64,000 bases of DNA, taken from assembly GCA_035221665.1 (NCBI GenBank), contig CM069154.1, positions 12,772,001-12,836,000 of the forward strand. The letters run 5' to 3'. Shown in pieces: positions 49,958-61,232 of this stretch; position 1 is the first letter of the stretch; every line of letters starts with the position of its first letter. The notes under the pieces are model-generated. The model saw nothing but the letters and a program-made list of their open reading frames with translations, made no database searches and was not told the origin of the DNA. Position numbers and translations under genes: made by a program. This stretch comes from Okamejei kenojei. Lineage: Eukaryota.

Positions 49958-52456
49958 AATAGCCCATGGGCCTCCCCGCTGCACATGGTGCCAAAGGTGT
50001 CCAGCGGTTGGAGGCCGTGCAGGGACTAACACCACCTTAACAAGGCCACAACCGCTGACCCTATTCCCCACATACCGGACTTCACAGCACATCTGGCCGG
50101 GGCTAGGTTCTTCTCTAAGATCGACCTAGTCCGAGGATATCACCAGATCCCCGTGTGACAGGAGGTTGTCCCCAAGACAGCAATTATCACCCCGTTCGGG
50201 TTGTTCGAGTTCCTGTGAATGCCCTTCGGCCTCAAGAATGCGGCGCAGGCCTTTCAGCGCCTGATGGACACCATGGTACGCGGGCTCGACTTCCTGTTCG
50301 TCTACTTGGACGACATCCTCGTGGCAAGTCGCTCGTGTGAGGAACACTGCGCCCACCTGCGTCTACTCTTCCAGCGCTTCAGTGACCATGGCCTCGTAAT
50401 TAACCCTGGCAGGTGCCAATTGGGCACAGAGCAGTGCCTCTGCTGGACAGGTACGTGGCCTCCGGGTGTTCGTAAGGATGGTCACATTTTACCACTGGTT
50501 CGTTCCGGCGGCTGCCGAACTTTAACAGCCGCTTTTTCAGTTGCTGATGGGCAAGCAGCGGCAGATAGTGGGATGCTGTCGCTATGGCGGCGTTTGAAAG
50601 GGCAAAGGAGGCCCTGGCTCGGGGCGACTATGCTCGTGCATCCGACGGCCTACGCCCCCATAGCCTTTACCATGGATGCCTCGGACTCTGCGGTTGGCGC
50701 CGTTTTGAAATAGTCCATTAACAGCCTTTGGTGGCCTTTCGCCTTCTTTAGCCGGCACCTGAGGGATGTGGAGCAGCGCTTTCGACCGGGGTTGTTCGCC
50801 TTACACCTCGCAGTGCTGCACTTCCGGTACTTCCTCGAGGGCCGTTCTTTCGTAGCCTTCACGGACCATTAGCCACTCACATTTGCATTTGCGAAGGTTT
50901 CGGATCCTTGGTCCGCCCGTCAGCACCGCCGGCTATTACGACGTATACAATGGACGTCCAGCACATAGCTGGGAAATGCAACCTCGTGGCGGATGCGGTG
51001 TCCCGTCCGGCAATTGCAGCCGTGCTTAACCCGGCCTCGGCCCAGCTGGCGGACGATGAGATGCCGGCATACCGCACCGCAGTCTCTGGCCTGGTGCTTG
51101 AGGACGTGCCGTTGGGTTCCATCCTCTGTGACGTATCCACGGGTCAGCCGAAGCCTATCGTTCTGGCGGCCTGGCGCCATCGCGTGTTTGAGGTGATCCA
51201 TGGGCTGGCCCACCCATCCGGGCCACGGTCACTCTGGTGGCCGCAAGGTTTATGTGGCACAGACTTCGGAGGCAGGTTGCTCGCTGGGCCCGGCCGTGCA
51301 TCCCGTGCCAGACATCAAAGGTGCATTGACACGTCCGGGCGCCCGTTCAAGAATTTGCAGTGCCACGCCGGTGGTTCGATCACATACACGTGGATATCGT
51401 GGGGCCGCTGCCTCAGTCCCAAGGGGTTTCACACCTGCTTACGGTGGTCGACCGTTTCACACAGTGGCCGGAGGCCATCCAGCTCACGGACACTTTGACG
51501 GAGTCGTGTGCTTGTGCCCTGGATTGCCCGCTTTGGGGTTCCTCTGCACATCCAAACGGGGCGCCCGGTTTACATCTGAACTGTGGTCCCGCCTGTTGGG
51601 GACGCAGCTCCACCACACGACAGCGTACTATCCCCAATCAAATGGGTTGGTGGAGCGGTTCCACTGCTGTCTGAAGGCTCGTCTCAAAGGCCCTGGGTGG
51701 ATGGACGAGTTGCCATGGGTCCTGTTGGAGGTTCGGACGGCCCCAAGGAGGATCTGTCAACGTCCTCCGCGGAGTTGGTATATGGTGCTCCGCTCACTGT
51801 CCCCGGGGATTTTGCTGCTGATGGGTCCCAGGAACCCCTATCATCAGTGCTGATCGGCTTGCGGGAGAGGGTCGGCGCCCAATCTGCCATCCCAACATCG
51901 CGCCATGGAGTGGCCCCTTCCCATGAGCCACTGCCACTGATGGGCTGCCGTACATTTTTCTTCGCCGTGACTCCCAGTCTCCTGACTCCTCGCAGCGCCC
52001 GTATGAAGGTCCCTTTCGTGTGCGGCACGGGCCTACTACATTCGATTTGGATATGGGAGGCCGGCGTGAAACAGTGTCTGTGACTCATTTGAAACCAGCC
52101 CACCTGGACCTGAGCGAGCAGCTCCCGGGGCGTGGGATTGTATCTACCCATTCGGGCTGCCTCGTGCAACGTCCTGTGCGGTTCGGTGCCTCTGGTTGTG
52201 TGGGGGGGGGGGGGGTAGGTCATGTGGCGGCACCTGATAGCATCCCAAGGCCACGACGAACCATCGGCTGTAGAGGGCGGCGTCTTGGTGGGGAGGCGCA
52301 GGTCACGGGGTCGGTATCCAAGTTGTTATTTAAGGCCGGGCAATGCCCATGTCAGCTGAGGTGTAGGGGGCTGTATGCAGAAGAATAAACACGCCTAGAG
52401 CACACAACTTGTGTCCGACTAGTCTTTTGGCTGGACTCCTACCAGTCCCCGCCACA
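49958..52456 (+). mobile_element. Decayed Gypsy/Ty3 LTR retrotransposon (RT-RNase H-integrase, polypurine tract, 3' LTR)
   Basis: SPWASPLHMVPK, MPFGLKNAAQAFQRLMD, VYLDDILVAS, DASDSAVGAVL, HIHVDIVGPLP, HHTTAYYPQSNGLVERFH; G-rich polypurine tract before the LTR; stops and frameshifts. Confidence 0.93.
52223..52456 (+). repeat. 3' LTR (234 bp)
   Basis: Termini TGTGGCGG...CCGCCACA; TATTTAA and AATAAA inside. Confidence 0.88.
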
Positions 52457-53524
52457 CTTGCATCTAAAATTGTAATTATTTTTTGAATTTCATATTAATG
52501 CTTTATTGACACAATCTCTTCAGAAGGACCTAGCTTTATAAAGCTAGCCAAAAGCACTAGGTGGTTTTAAGAACAAGAAATTATTTTGATTTTAACTCTG
52601 TACAATTTAATAGAGGTTCTTGTTTAATTTCATCTTTTAAATTTAATAAAGCACAGCAGTCACCAAATAAGCACTCCAGCAACTCAGTCTGTCACCACAC
52701 CAAGTTATAATTTAATTAAACATTATATTGCATATTAATTAGTGACTACATTTCATAACTTTGTGGCAGACGAATAAGTTCAGTCTGATATTGAAATTTT
52801 TCTATTGTCATGGCAAATTTCTATGCTGTGATTGAACTAAATTTGGAATGTAATTTTGCCTTGCATTAGCAGAACAAAGTTAAAAATGCTAACCAAATGA
52901 TTTCACTGCACAGTACCTCAACTGGTTAATGTTGTGAGCCTCCGTGAATCTCTCCTCAGTAATGTACATCAAATTATTTTCAGGAAGAATGTGCTTCTCA
53001 TGTGCTGGTTAGCTCTTAACCTGGAGCAACCTCTGCTAAAACTTTTGAAAACAACTAGACAGTGAGAGAGAGACAGGGAAATTAGCCTTAAAAAGGTTTA
53101 TAAAACCCCAAATCTCTCCATACCATTCCAGTTATCTTTCATCTTTGAAAACTGCTCAACTCGGCCACGCCAAGGGAAAATTACATTATCTGTCCAATTG
53201 GGCAACTTTCTTTTATGCTAACTTCTAATGACAGGAGGGAGTAATTACACTACGCAGTTTCTAATTACATATAGAAACTACAGAGAATACACAATCCACA
53301 TGTTTTCCACCTGCAAATCATAATTTGATCATCTCAATCTTTAATCCTGCTTCCTAAAACGAGAATAATGCAAATACCGCTAGGACAGACGAACTAACAA
53401 ACGAAAAAGCTGTTAAATAGTAAATGCTTCCGAACAAAGTCATATATGATTCACACTGAATTTTTTGGGAGTACATCCAATAATCTTTCATAGCATCCAA
53501 GTTAAGATACGCATATCCAAAAAT

Positions 53525-53682
53525 AAACTACACACCTGCACTTTTTGGGGTGAAAGAGGAAAACCACGATGTTACGGGGAGAACGTGCAAACTCTACATA
53601 GACAGCATCTGAGGTCAGAACTAAACCCAGGTGTCTGGCACTGTGGTGCAGCAGCTCTACCAGCAGCACCACTGTGCCACCC
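53525..53682 (-). mobile_element. tRNA-derived V-SINE (HE1-like) 5' part
   Basis: Minus strand ggtggcacagtggtgctgctggtagagctgctg...ctgggtttagttctgacc (A/B-box-like), then the V-domain-like tgtagagtttgcacgttctccccgt. Confidence 0.75.
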
Positions 53683-54830
53683 ACTGCAGGTTGAAATTTT
53701 ACACAAGCAGTAAATCTCTTCACTTATAATACCCATCATTATTTTACCAATGAATCAGAAAAATAAGAGTGATTGCGAACACACGTCAAGACAACTGTGT
53801 AAAAGGTAACTTTCCGACAGGAAAGAAATTACTGATTGTCAGATACATGCACCAGTCAATTGTATGATCTACAAGAGTGCACAACATTTTAGGGTTGAGG
53901 ACCAAATCATCAATACAAATCACTTGCAATAAATATATGTACCTTGTTGCGTGTTTTTAAAACAAAAAAAAAATCACATTTTTGAAGACAGATACCAGAG
54001 GAGAATAAAGACCTAGTTTGTTCATATGGTTGTGGAACTTTTCAGTGAAGATTGAAGGAGATTGATTGGGTCTATGGTCATGGAGAAAATGAAGGGCACG
54101 TGTTTTCCATACTTTGAGGACTGATATGCTTAAAATTTATTGAATTTAAACAGAAAAGATTGATATGTGCAACAAAAATCAAATTGAAGGAACTCAGTAG
54201 AGTAAGCAGTATCTGTAGAGAGTTGGTGGGAGGGTTGGAAGGACTGTTCCATAGAGACATAAATACAGGCATAGCACTCATGGTTCTACATTTGATGTGT
54301 ACAAATTGTGAAGAATGGAAAGTCAAGCTGTTCAGAGTAATACATTCTCCCTGGCAGTTAGGTGTCCATAGAGAGGAACTTATTAGGTCTTTGTTTCAGA
54401 AAACAGAGGGCCCCCAAACCCTTCCTGATTGTGAGAGAGGTGTATAAAGATGATGTCCACGATGAAAATTAAGTGTTAGAGCCAGGGAATTGGAAGCTGT
54501 CAAAACACAAGTGGTGTGCTGAATGTAGCTGGGAAGGCACCGAACAAGGCAAAACAGGATAGAGTTGAGACAAGTACAGTCGCATAAGAGCAGCCAGACG
54601 TAAGAGGTCCTATCTGTGGAGTAGATTTAAGTTAAGAGAATGAAGGATTAGAAAATTATGAAAGTCTCACTCAATTGTAAAGGGGCATGGGAGTGAGAAA
54701 TTTGGTGCCCATGGGTGGAGTAGGCAGAAATAACCACCATATTAAAAAAAAAACCTAGATGAAGACTTAATGAATCATAGCCTATGGGGGCATAACCCCA
54801 AGCTCATTTTAGCCAGCATTAATGTGGGCT

Positions 54831-54924
54831 GGTAGACAAAATTGCTGGAGAAACTCAGCGGGTGCGGCAGCATCTATGGAGCGAAGGAAATAGGCAACGT
54901 TTTGGGCCGAAACCTTTCTTCAGA
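54831..54924 (-). mobile_element. Further copy of the ~90-bp Penelope-associated element
   Basis: gctggagaaactcagcgggtgcggcagcatctatggagcgaaggaaataggcaacgttttgggccgaaacctttcttcaga. Confidence 0.75.
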
Positions 54925-55580
54925 TCCTCAGCTAGTGCAAGCTGGCTGATGAAAATCTTCACCAATTACAAGGTTTGCGTCCATTTCATTGAAGGTTGTT
55001 ACACTTCTTAAAAAGAACGGTTGCACTTTAAACAGCTTTAAGCATTAAAATACATTTCAACATCCACATGAAAGAACTGGAATGACCTCCCATCTAATGC
55101 ACTTTACCTGGTAACTGTGGTGTGGGTCAGAAAGATAGAGCCCTAAAGTTTCTACCTAATCCAATCTCAAATTATCTCTGTATACTTTATGTGCATTACT
55201 TTAGAGTCAAACCTTTCAAGCATTTCTGGTCTACCATCAAGCTCCCTTTATAAACTAATTGTTGTTCCAGCCTGAATTGTTGGGATGCGTTCTATGAAAA
55301 AGACTTAATTCCAAATCTACAAGCCCCAATGAAATCATGGATAATTTGTGACTATTCTGTCTGCTCACCTTTGCCCCATCAAAGCCGCAATTTTTATCTA
55401 AATGAGCAGTTATTAAAGGAATGAAAAAATAGCAAGATTGAATGGTTCCAGATTAAAGATAGGTTTCTCTATAATGTAAATTAATTTAACAATATTTTTT
55501 TCCAAGTGATAAAAGCATTTCAATAAACACCTCAGGTAAAATTTGTTTACTCTCAGATAATATCCAAGTGAATCACATAC

Positions 55581-55933
55581 CTTGAAGTGATGTTGAATAT
55601 TGCACTTGCACTGCTGTCTGATCTGTTTAGCACACGTTTGTTTACAAATGCAGGGTGGACAGAGAGAGAAGGATCTATCAAGCTAGCAGAGAATTCCTAT
55701 TCTTGCTGCACTAGTGAGCATCCCAGGACAGCAACAAGAAGTGTAGAAGGTCTAGCAGCGTTGGGAAGTGCTCTTTGTAGGCTGTTGAGTAGGCACAAAC
55801 TTCTGTTCCGGATCAAGTTTTCAGCTGTAGTTTGCTCTTTGGTTGTTGTTCAGCGTTATTTTCTATTTCTCAACGTGATCCGAACTTGAAGCAGCAGTTT
55901 CAGATGGTAAATTCAGTTATATTTCACTTCATA
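55581..55933 (-). promoter_or_regulatory. CSDE1: CSDE1 non-coding 5' UTR exon (UNR IRES-like region)
   Basis: Acceptor tctattgtctttccag|TATGAAGTG and donor CACTTCAAG|gtatgt. Blocks GAAACTGCTGCTTCAAGTTC, AGAAGTTTGTGCCTACTCAACAGC and AAAGAGCACTTCCCAACGCTGCTAG match my recollection of the human CSDE1 5' UTR. Confidence 0.88.
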
Positions 55934-56649
55934 CTGGAAAGACAATAGAATCAATGTTAAAATTGGAAGTGCTGGAAGCACTGACAGTTAAACAGCATTG
56001 GAAAGAATCAGATCCAGCATTTCGGGTCAAGGAATCTGTACATAACCATTTGATAACTTTGCTCCACTTAAAAGTGATTGAAATGCAAGTCTTTAAACAC
56101 TTTTAAAAGTTAAGGAAACCCCACAGCAAGTTGAGCTGCTCCAATAAAAATGGAGCCATTAAGAGCTCAAAATTGGAACCGCCTGCACAATAGAGAAAAA
56201 TACAAGATGTAAACATTTATTGTAAGTAAATTAGGGGTTGTTGATTTATTGTAACCTTTATCATCCCTTACTTGCAGTTTCTATATCTCAATTGAATCTG
56301 CTCTCAGAACATCCATGATATCCTCGCTCCAGCAAGTATGGATTTCCCCATCAGTCGCAGATGGAACCCTAATCCATATCTCCTCTGTTACCCAGTTTTG
56401 CTCTTTCCCCCACCTCCCTGACAGAACAGGGGTTGACTTACCCTGCTACCTCCATTCACCCCATCAGTTTCCATATCCAAACCCTCATTCTTTGCCATTT
56501 CTACCACCTTCAATGTAATCCCACCACCAGTCCCACCTTCACATCTCTACCCCCATCTGCGTTTTTGCACTCTTCATGATTCATTTATTTGCTCATCTGA
56601 ACCACAGGTGGTTCAACATCTGTCCCTACACATCCTCTCATCTCCATTT

Positions 56650-59345
56650 ACAGAGACAAAATTGGGAGCAGCTGACATTAGACAAGTTCACACATCATTC
56701 ACGTGGGAGTCGTTTAAAGACTAACTACTTAAAGGACGGACAGCATGTTCCAGTAATGAGAGGGAATAAGGATGGCAGGTAAGGGAACCCTGGATGAAGA
56801 GGATGTCTGTGAATTTGGTTAATAAGGAAGCATGTGTAATGTTTAAAAATACAGATTCTTTGAGGTTGAGAACACAAGAAGGGAATTTGAAAGGCCAAAA
56901 GGACCCATGAAATGTAATTGGCAAGTCTGATTAAAGAAAACCCCTAGGCATTTTATAACATACATTAAAAACAAGAGGGTTACACTGGGGGAAGGCAAGA
57001 CCACTCAAGGTTAACTTAGAGAATGTATGCTTAAAATAAGAGGATGTAGGAAAGGTACAAAGTGAGCATGTTTCATCTGTATTCATCATGGAGAAGGACA
57101 CAAGGACAGCGAGATCAGTGTGGGGAATATTAATATGCTAGGGCAGTTTGAAATCAAGAAGGTGGTGGTGTTAGATCTCTTAAAAGCACTAAATTAAGAT
57201 TGATAAATCCCAGGGGCCTGGTAGAATTTAGCCCAGGTTATGGAAAGAGGCAAGAAAAGAGATTGCAGGGGTCTTAACGAAGATCTTTACGTTTTCCATT
57301 GCCACAGGCAAGATAGCGGAGGACTGGAGAGCAGCCAATATTGCATCCATGTTTAAGAAACCATAGATAAACCATGAAATAATAGGCTGGCAAGCCTCGT
57401 GTCAATGGTTGGGAAGCAAATAGGGAGGATTCTTCAGAATGGAATTTGCTTGCATTTTGAAGAGAATGGGTTAATTAGGGAAAGTTAGCACGGTTTTGTC
57501 CGCAGAAAGTCTTTTTGAAAAGGTGATTGTTGAGAGTAAAGCAGTGGATTTTGTCTACATGGATTGTAGAAAGGCAAAAGATTGAGGCTTTTAGATAGGC
57601 ACATGGATATGGATCACATGCAAGAGGACATTAGTTTAACATGGCAGCATGTTCTGCACTGACAATGTGGACCACAGTCTGTTCATGTGCAGTACTGTTC
57701 TAGGTTTCCTTCCATCCACCGCCACTCCTTGTTTTAGAAGAGTACACACAGGAACAGGTCCCTCGGACCACAGTGTCAATGCCAAACATGTTGCTGAGAC
57801 CAATTCCTATCTGCCTACACATAATCCATATCCCTCCATATCCATGTGCCTAACTAAAAGTCTCTTAAATTACACAATTGCATCTGCTTCCACTACCACC
57901 ACTGGCAGCACACCACCATTTATGTGAAAAACATGCCCCGCACATCTCCTTTAAAGTTTGCCCCTTTCACCTTAAAGCTATGCTCTTTAGTATTTGATAT
58001 TTCAATCCTGGCAAAAAGATTCTGACCGTCTTCCCTGTCAATGCCTCTTAATTTTATACACTTCTATCAGGTCTCCCCTCAACCTCTGGCATTGTAGGGA
58101 AAACAATCCAAGTCAGTCCAACATCTAGATCATTAAATACCTCTAGATCATTCTAATAAATCTTCTTTACACCATCTCCAAAACCACCACATCCTTACTG
58201 TAATGGATGAGCAGAACTGCAAGCAATACTCAAATGCAGCCTAACCAAAGTCCTATAAAGCTGCATCATGCCTTCCTGACTCTTATACTCAATGCCCGAT
58301 CTATGAAAGCAAGAATACCATATGCCTTCTTTTCCACCTTATCAACTTGTTTTGCCACTTTCAGGTAGTTATGAACTTGGATCCTAAGATCCCTCTGTAC
58401 ATCAATGCTGGTAAGGGTCGTGACATTAATTGCATATTTTCCCCATTCAATTGACCTCCCAAAGTGCAACACCTCACACTTGCCCAGATTAAACGTTACC
58501 TGGCATTGCTGGAGCTGATCTATATCCAGTGTGTACTTTAATAGCCTTCCTCACAGACAGTGACTGCAAAAATGTTGGTGACATCTACAACACATCTGCA
58601 TTTAGGTATATTACAAGCAACATAGATCCCCGCAGAACTCCATTGGTCAGACCTCCAGTCTGAAGATTATTCTCTCACCACAACCTTTGGTTTTCTACCA
58701 GTAAGCCAGTAATGAATCCATGTGAACAAGTCACAGTTACTCCCATGCATCTTCATTTTCAGGATCAGCTAACCATGGGAGACTTTATCAAATGCTTTAC
58801 TAAAATGTATCCATCGCCCTACCGTTATCAATCACCACCACCTCCTCAAAAAACAAAGTTAGTAAGACACGACCTGCCAAGCACAAAGCTTTGCCGACTG
58901 CCCTCAACTAACTTATTCTTTTCCAATGAAAATAAAACATATCCTGGAGATTTTTCTCTCAATAGCTTCCCTGAGGCTCATCAGTATATAATTTTATCAA
59001 ATCTCTCTACTTACCTTCTTAAACAAAGGAACAACTTTGGCTACTCTCCAGTGCTCCAGGACCTTTCCTATGACGAGAGAAGACAAAGATCTTTGTCAAA
59101 TCTCCTGCAATCTTTATTACCCTCTCAATAACCTAGGATGGATTCCATCAGGCTCTGATAATTTATCCACCTTACTACTCCTCAAGAGCCCCAACACCAC
59201 TTCCTTTATCTCAAACTGCCCCTGCATATTCATATTCTTCACAATGATCTCATCCTCCACATCCTTCTCCTTGGTGCAAACAGATGCAAAGTATATGTTT
59301 AGTACTTTGCCAACATCCCTTGACTCGAATCACAAATTTCCTCCC
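56650..59345. mobile_element. Two old CR1 elements tail-to-tail (+ about 56650-57680, - about 57735-59345)
   Basis: gataaatccccagggcct (DKSPGP)-like sequence on +; MLHFGRS..DVQRDLRIQVH..KAYGILAFI on -. Confidence 0.7.
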
Positions 59346-59551
59346 TTGTCTCCATTTCACATTACAAATCTCCTATTCGGTCTTTATCAGACTCCATATC
59401 TGTACTTTCCAATCAACTTCACCTCCATCCGTTGTTACTATCTCCCTCATCTGCCAACTATCCCTTCCTCATCAGAATCCACCTATCATTTCCCATTTTT
59501 GCCCCATCCCTTCCCCTCAACCCTCTTTACGAGCATCTTCTCCTCTACTCC

Positions 59552-59670
59552 ATCAGTTTGAAGAAAGGTCCCAATCCAAAACACCACCTGTGCATTTCAC
59601 TCTACAGATGTCTGACCTGCGGAGTTCCTCCAGCACTATTTCTGCTCAACATCCAGCATCAGGAGTCTCT
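59552..59670 (+). repeat. Old copy of the Penelope-associated terminal repeat
   Basis: catcagtttgaagaaaggtcccaatccaaaacaccacc...gacctgcggagttcctccagcac. Confidence 0.55.
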
Positions 59671-60104
59671 TGTGTCACCATTAATCACAGCAATAGCTTC
59701 ATAATAGTTTATCATTCATGGAATAGTATTTTAAAAGTGCGATGTACAAATAGCAATTACCAACACAAACTAATAATAAAACAAAACGTTCAGGCAACCG
59801 AAACAGTAGCCAGTGTAAAGAATAAAAGCATGCTATAGACAAACTGGACTGTGCGTATCTTTCAGTATTAAAGCACCACATACACTTAACACCTATTGAT
59901 TGTTCCAATTGCTTGCAATTCCCTACAGGGTTACATGGTGACAAAATAAAATCACACAGACCACCGGGTAGAGTGTTTGATTTCTCCTCATATAAATTAC
60001 CTTATCTTGCTAGATATGAGAATATAACCCATGCTATGAAGGAATGGAGAAACGTTTTGTTTTTGATCAGTGACTCCACATCAGTGACTCCAAAGAATAA
60101 AACA

Positions 60105-60261
60105 TTATAGTTTAAACCATAATATTTTTTTCTTAATGTTTTAATGTTGTGTTTTATTCTTAATTGTTTACTGTATGTCGTGTTGTTACTTGCTAGCGGA
60201 GCACCAATGCAAATTCCTTGTATGTGTACATACTTGGCCAATAAACGTATTCATTCATTCA
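60105..60261 (+). mobile_element. LINE (L2-like) 3' tail
   Basis: gcaaattccttgtatgtgtacatacttggccaataaacg followed by (ATTC)n. Confidence 0.55.
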
Positions 60262-60381
60262 CATTGCATCCTCAAATAGTGTTACACTTGCAAATTAGGT
60301 TTCAATACAATTCATTCTCCCCAATACTAAATTAACAATTTAAGATTATTTTGAAAAACAGTTGCTGGAATAAAATATGAG

Positions 60382-60513
60382 TGTGTAAGAAGGAACTGCA
60401 GATGCTTGTTTAAATGAAGATAGACACAAAAAGCTGGAGCAAGGCAGTGGGTCAGGCAGCATCTCTGGAGAAAAGGAATTGGTGACATTTCAGATGGTGA
60501 CCCTTCTTTAGAC
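60382..60513 (-). mobile_element. Longer variant of the Penelope-associated short element
   Basis: tgtaagaaggaactgcagatgc...ggtcaggcagcatctctggaga...gacccttctttagac. Confidence 0.7.
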
Positions 60514-61018
60514 GAGTGGGCAGTTAATGGAGGGCAACTATCATGCTCCAGTCATACAATAAAAAGATAAAACAATTCAAGGATACATAGGAGTAAAATA
60601 CTATAGCGTTATTGTCCTAAAATGAATTCAGCTCCGTGGTAAAACATACAAGCCCAAGTAAAGCAATCTAACACAAAAAAAAAACAAAAGTTAATTGTTC
60701 CACTTTAATACTGTGATGAAACTTTTCCAAAATCTGTTCTCGAATAAAATGTCATCTTGCCCAAAATCTGCCCACTCTATTAACCTACATCCAACATTTT
60801 TCAACTTATAATGAATTATCATGTAGTCTGTCACACAATCTAATCACTAGCATACATCAGATGTGACTTACCCAGCACCAATCCTATGGAATAAAGATAC
60901 TTCTCTTAACGTCTGGGGGTGGGGGGGGCTAAAATTTTCACTGGAGACCCTGTTTTCTGCCAAGCTTTGTGATTTGCCTCTTCCTCCCTAGTTATTTTCT
61001 AAGATGCATAATACTAAT

Positions 61019-61232
61019 TGTAGATGATATGTATACACCTTTAATTGATAGTGACGATGTCCATGCTAACCACCCCCTCACCAGTTAGTATAATTGTAAC
61101 CACACTCCCCTAGCTCTCTCTCTGGTGATTGTGACAGACCACGTACAGCTAGGGCTATATGATGTATGATTAATAAAGTAGTGAAGACCTTAAGGTGTGT
61201 GTACCTTCTCTACATGGTGTCAGAAGTGGGAT
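61019..61232 (+). repeat. Gypsy LTR (61019-61214) plus tRNA-Leu primer-binding site (61215-61232)
   Basis: Termini TGTAGA...TCTACA with AATAAA inside; TGGTGTCAGAAGTGGGAT is complementary to the 3' end of a tRNA-Leu (...ATCCCACTTCTGACACCA). Confidence 0.88.

Larger units (their letters stand above)
3505..55933 (-). other. CSDE1: CSDE1/UNR gene body (partial: 5' UTR exon through 12 canonical coding exons; extends beyond both window ends)
   Basis: Spliced ORF starts MSFDPNLLHNNGH and contains repeated cold-shock RNP motifs (YGFI..LFFH, FGFI..IFFH, FGFI..MFFH). All junctions are GT-AG and exon phases chain correctly (1646 nt). Confidence 0.97.

Noticed and set aside
55587-55889. 100-aa plus-strand ORF
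   Set aside because: Antisense to the 5' UTR exon, with a non-ATG start and no recognisable protein features
61215-61232. tRNA-Leu gene
   Set aside because: Only 18 nt complementary to the tRNA 3' end including CCA, directly after an LTR; this is a primer-binding site
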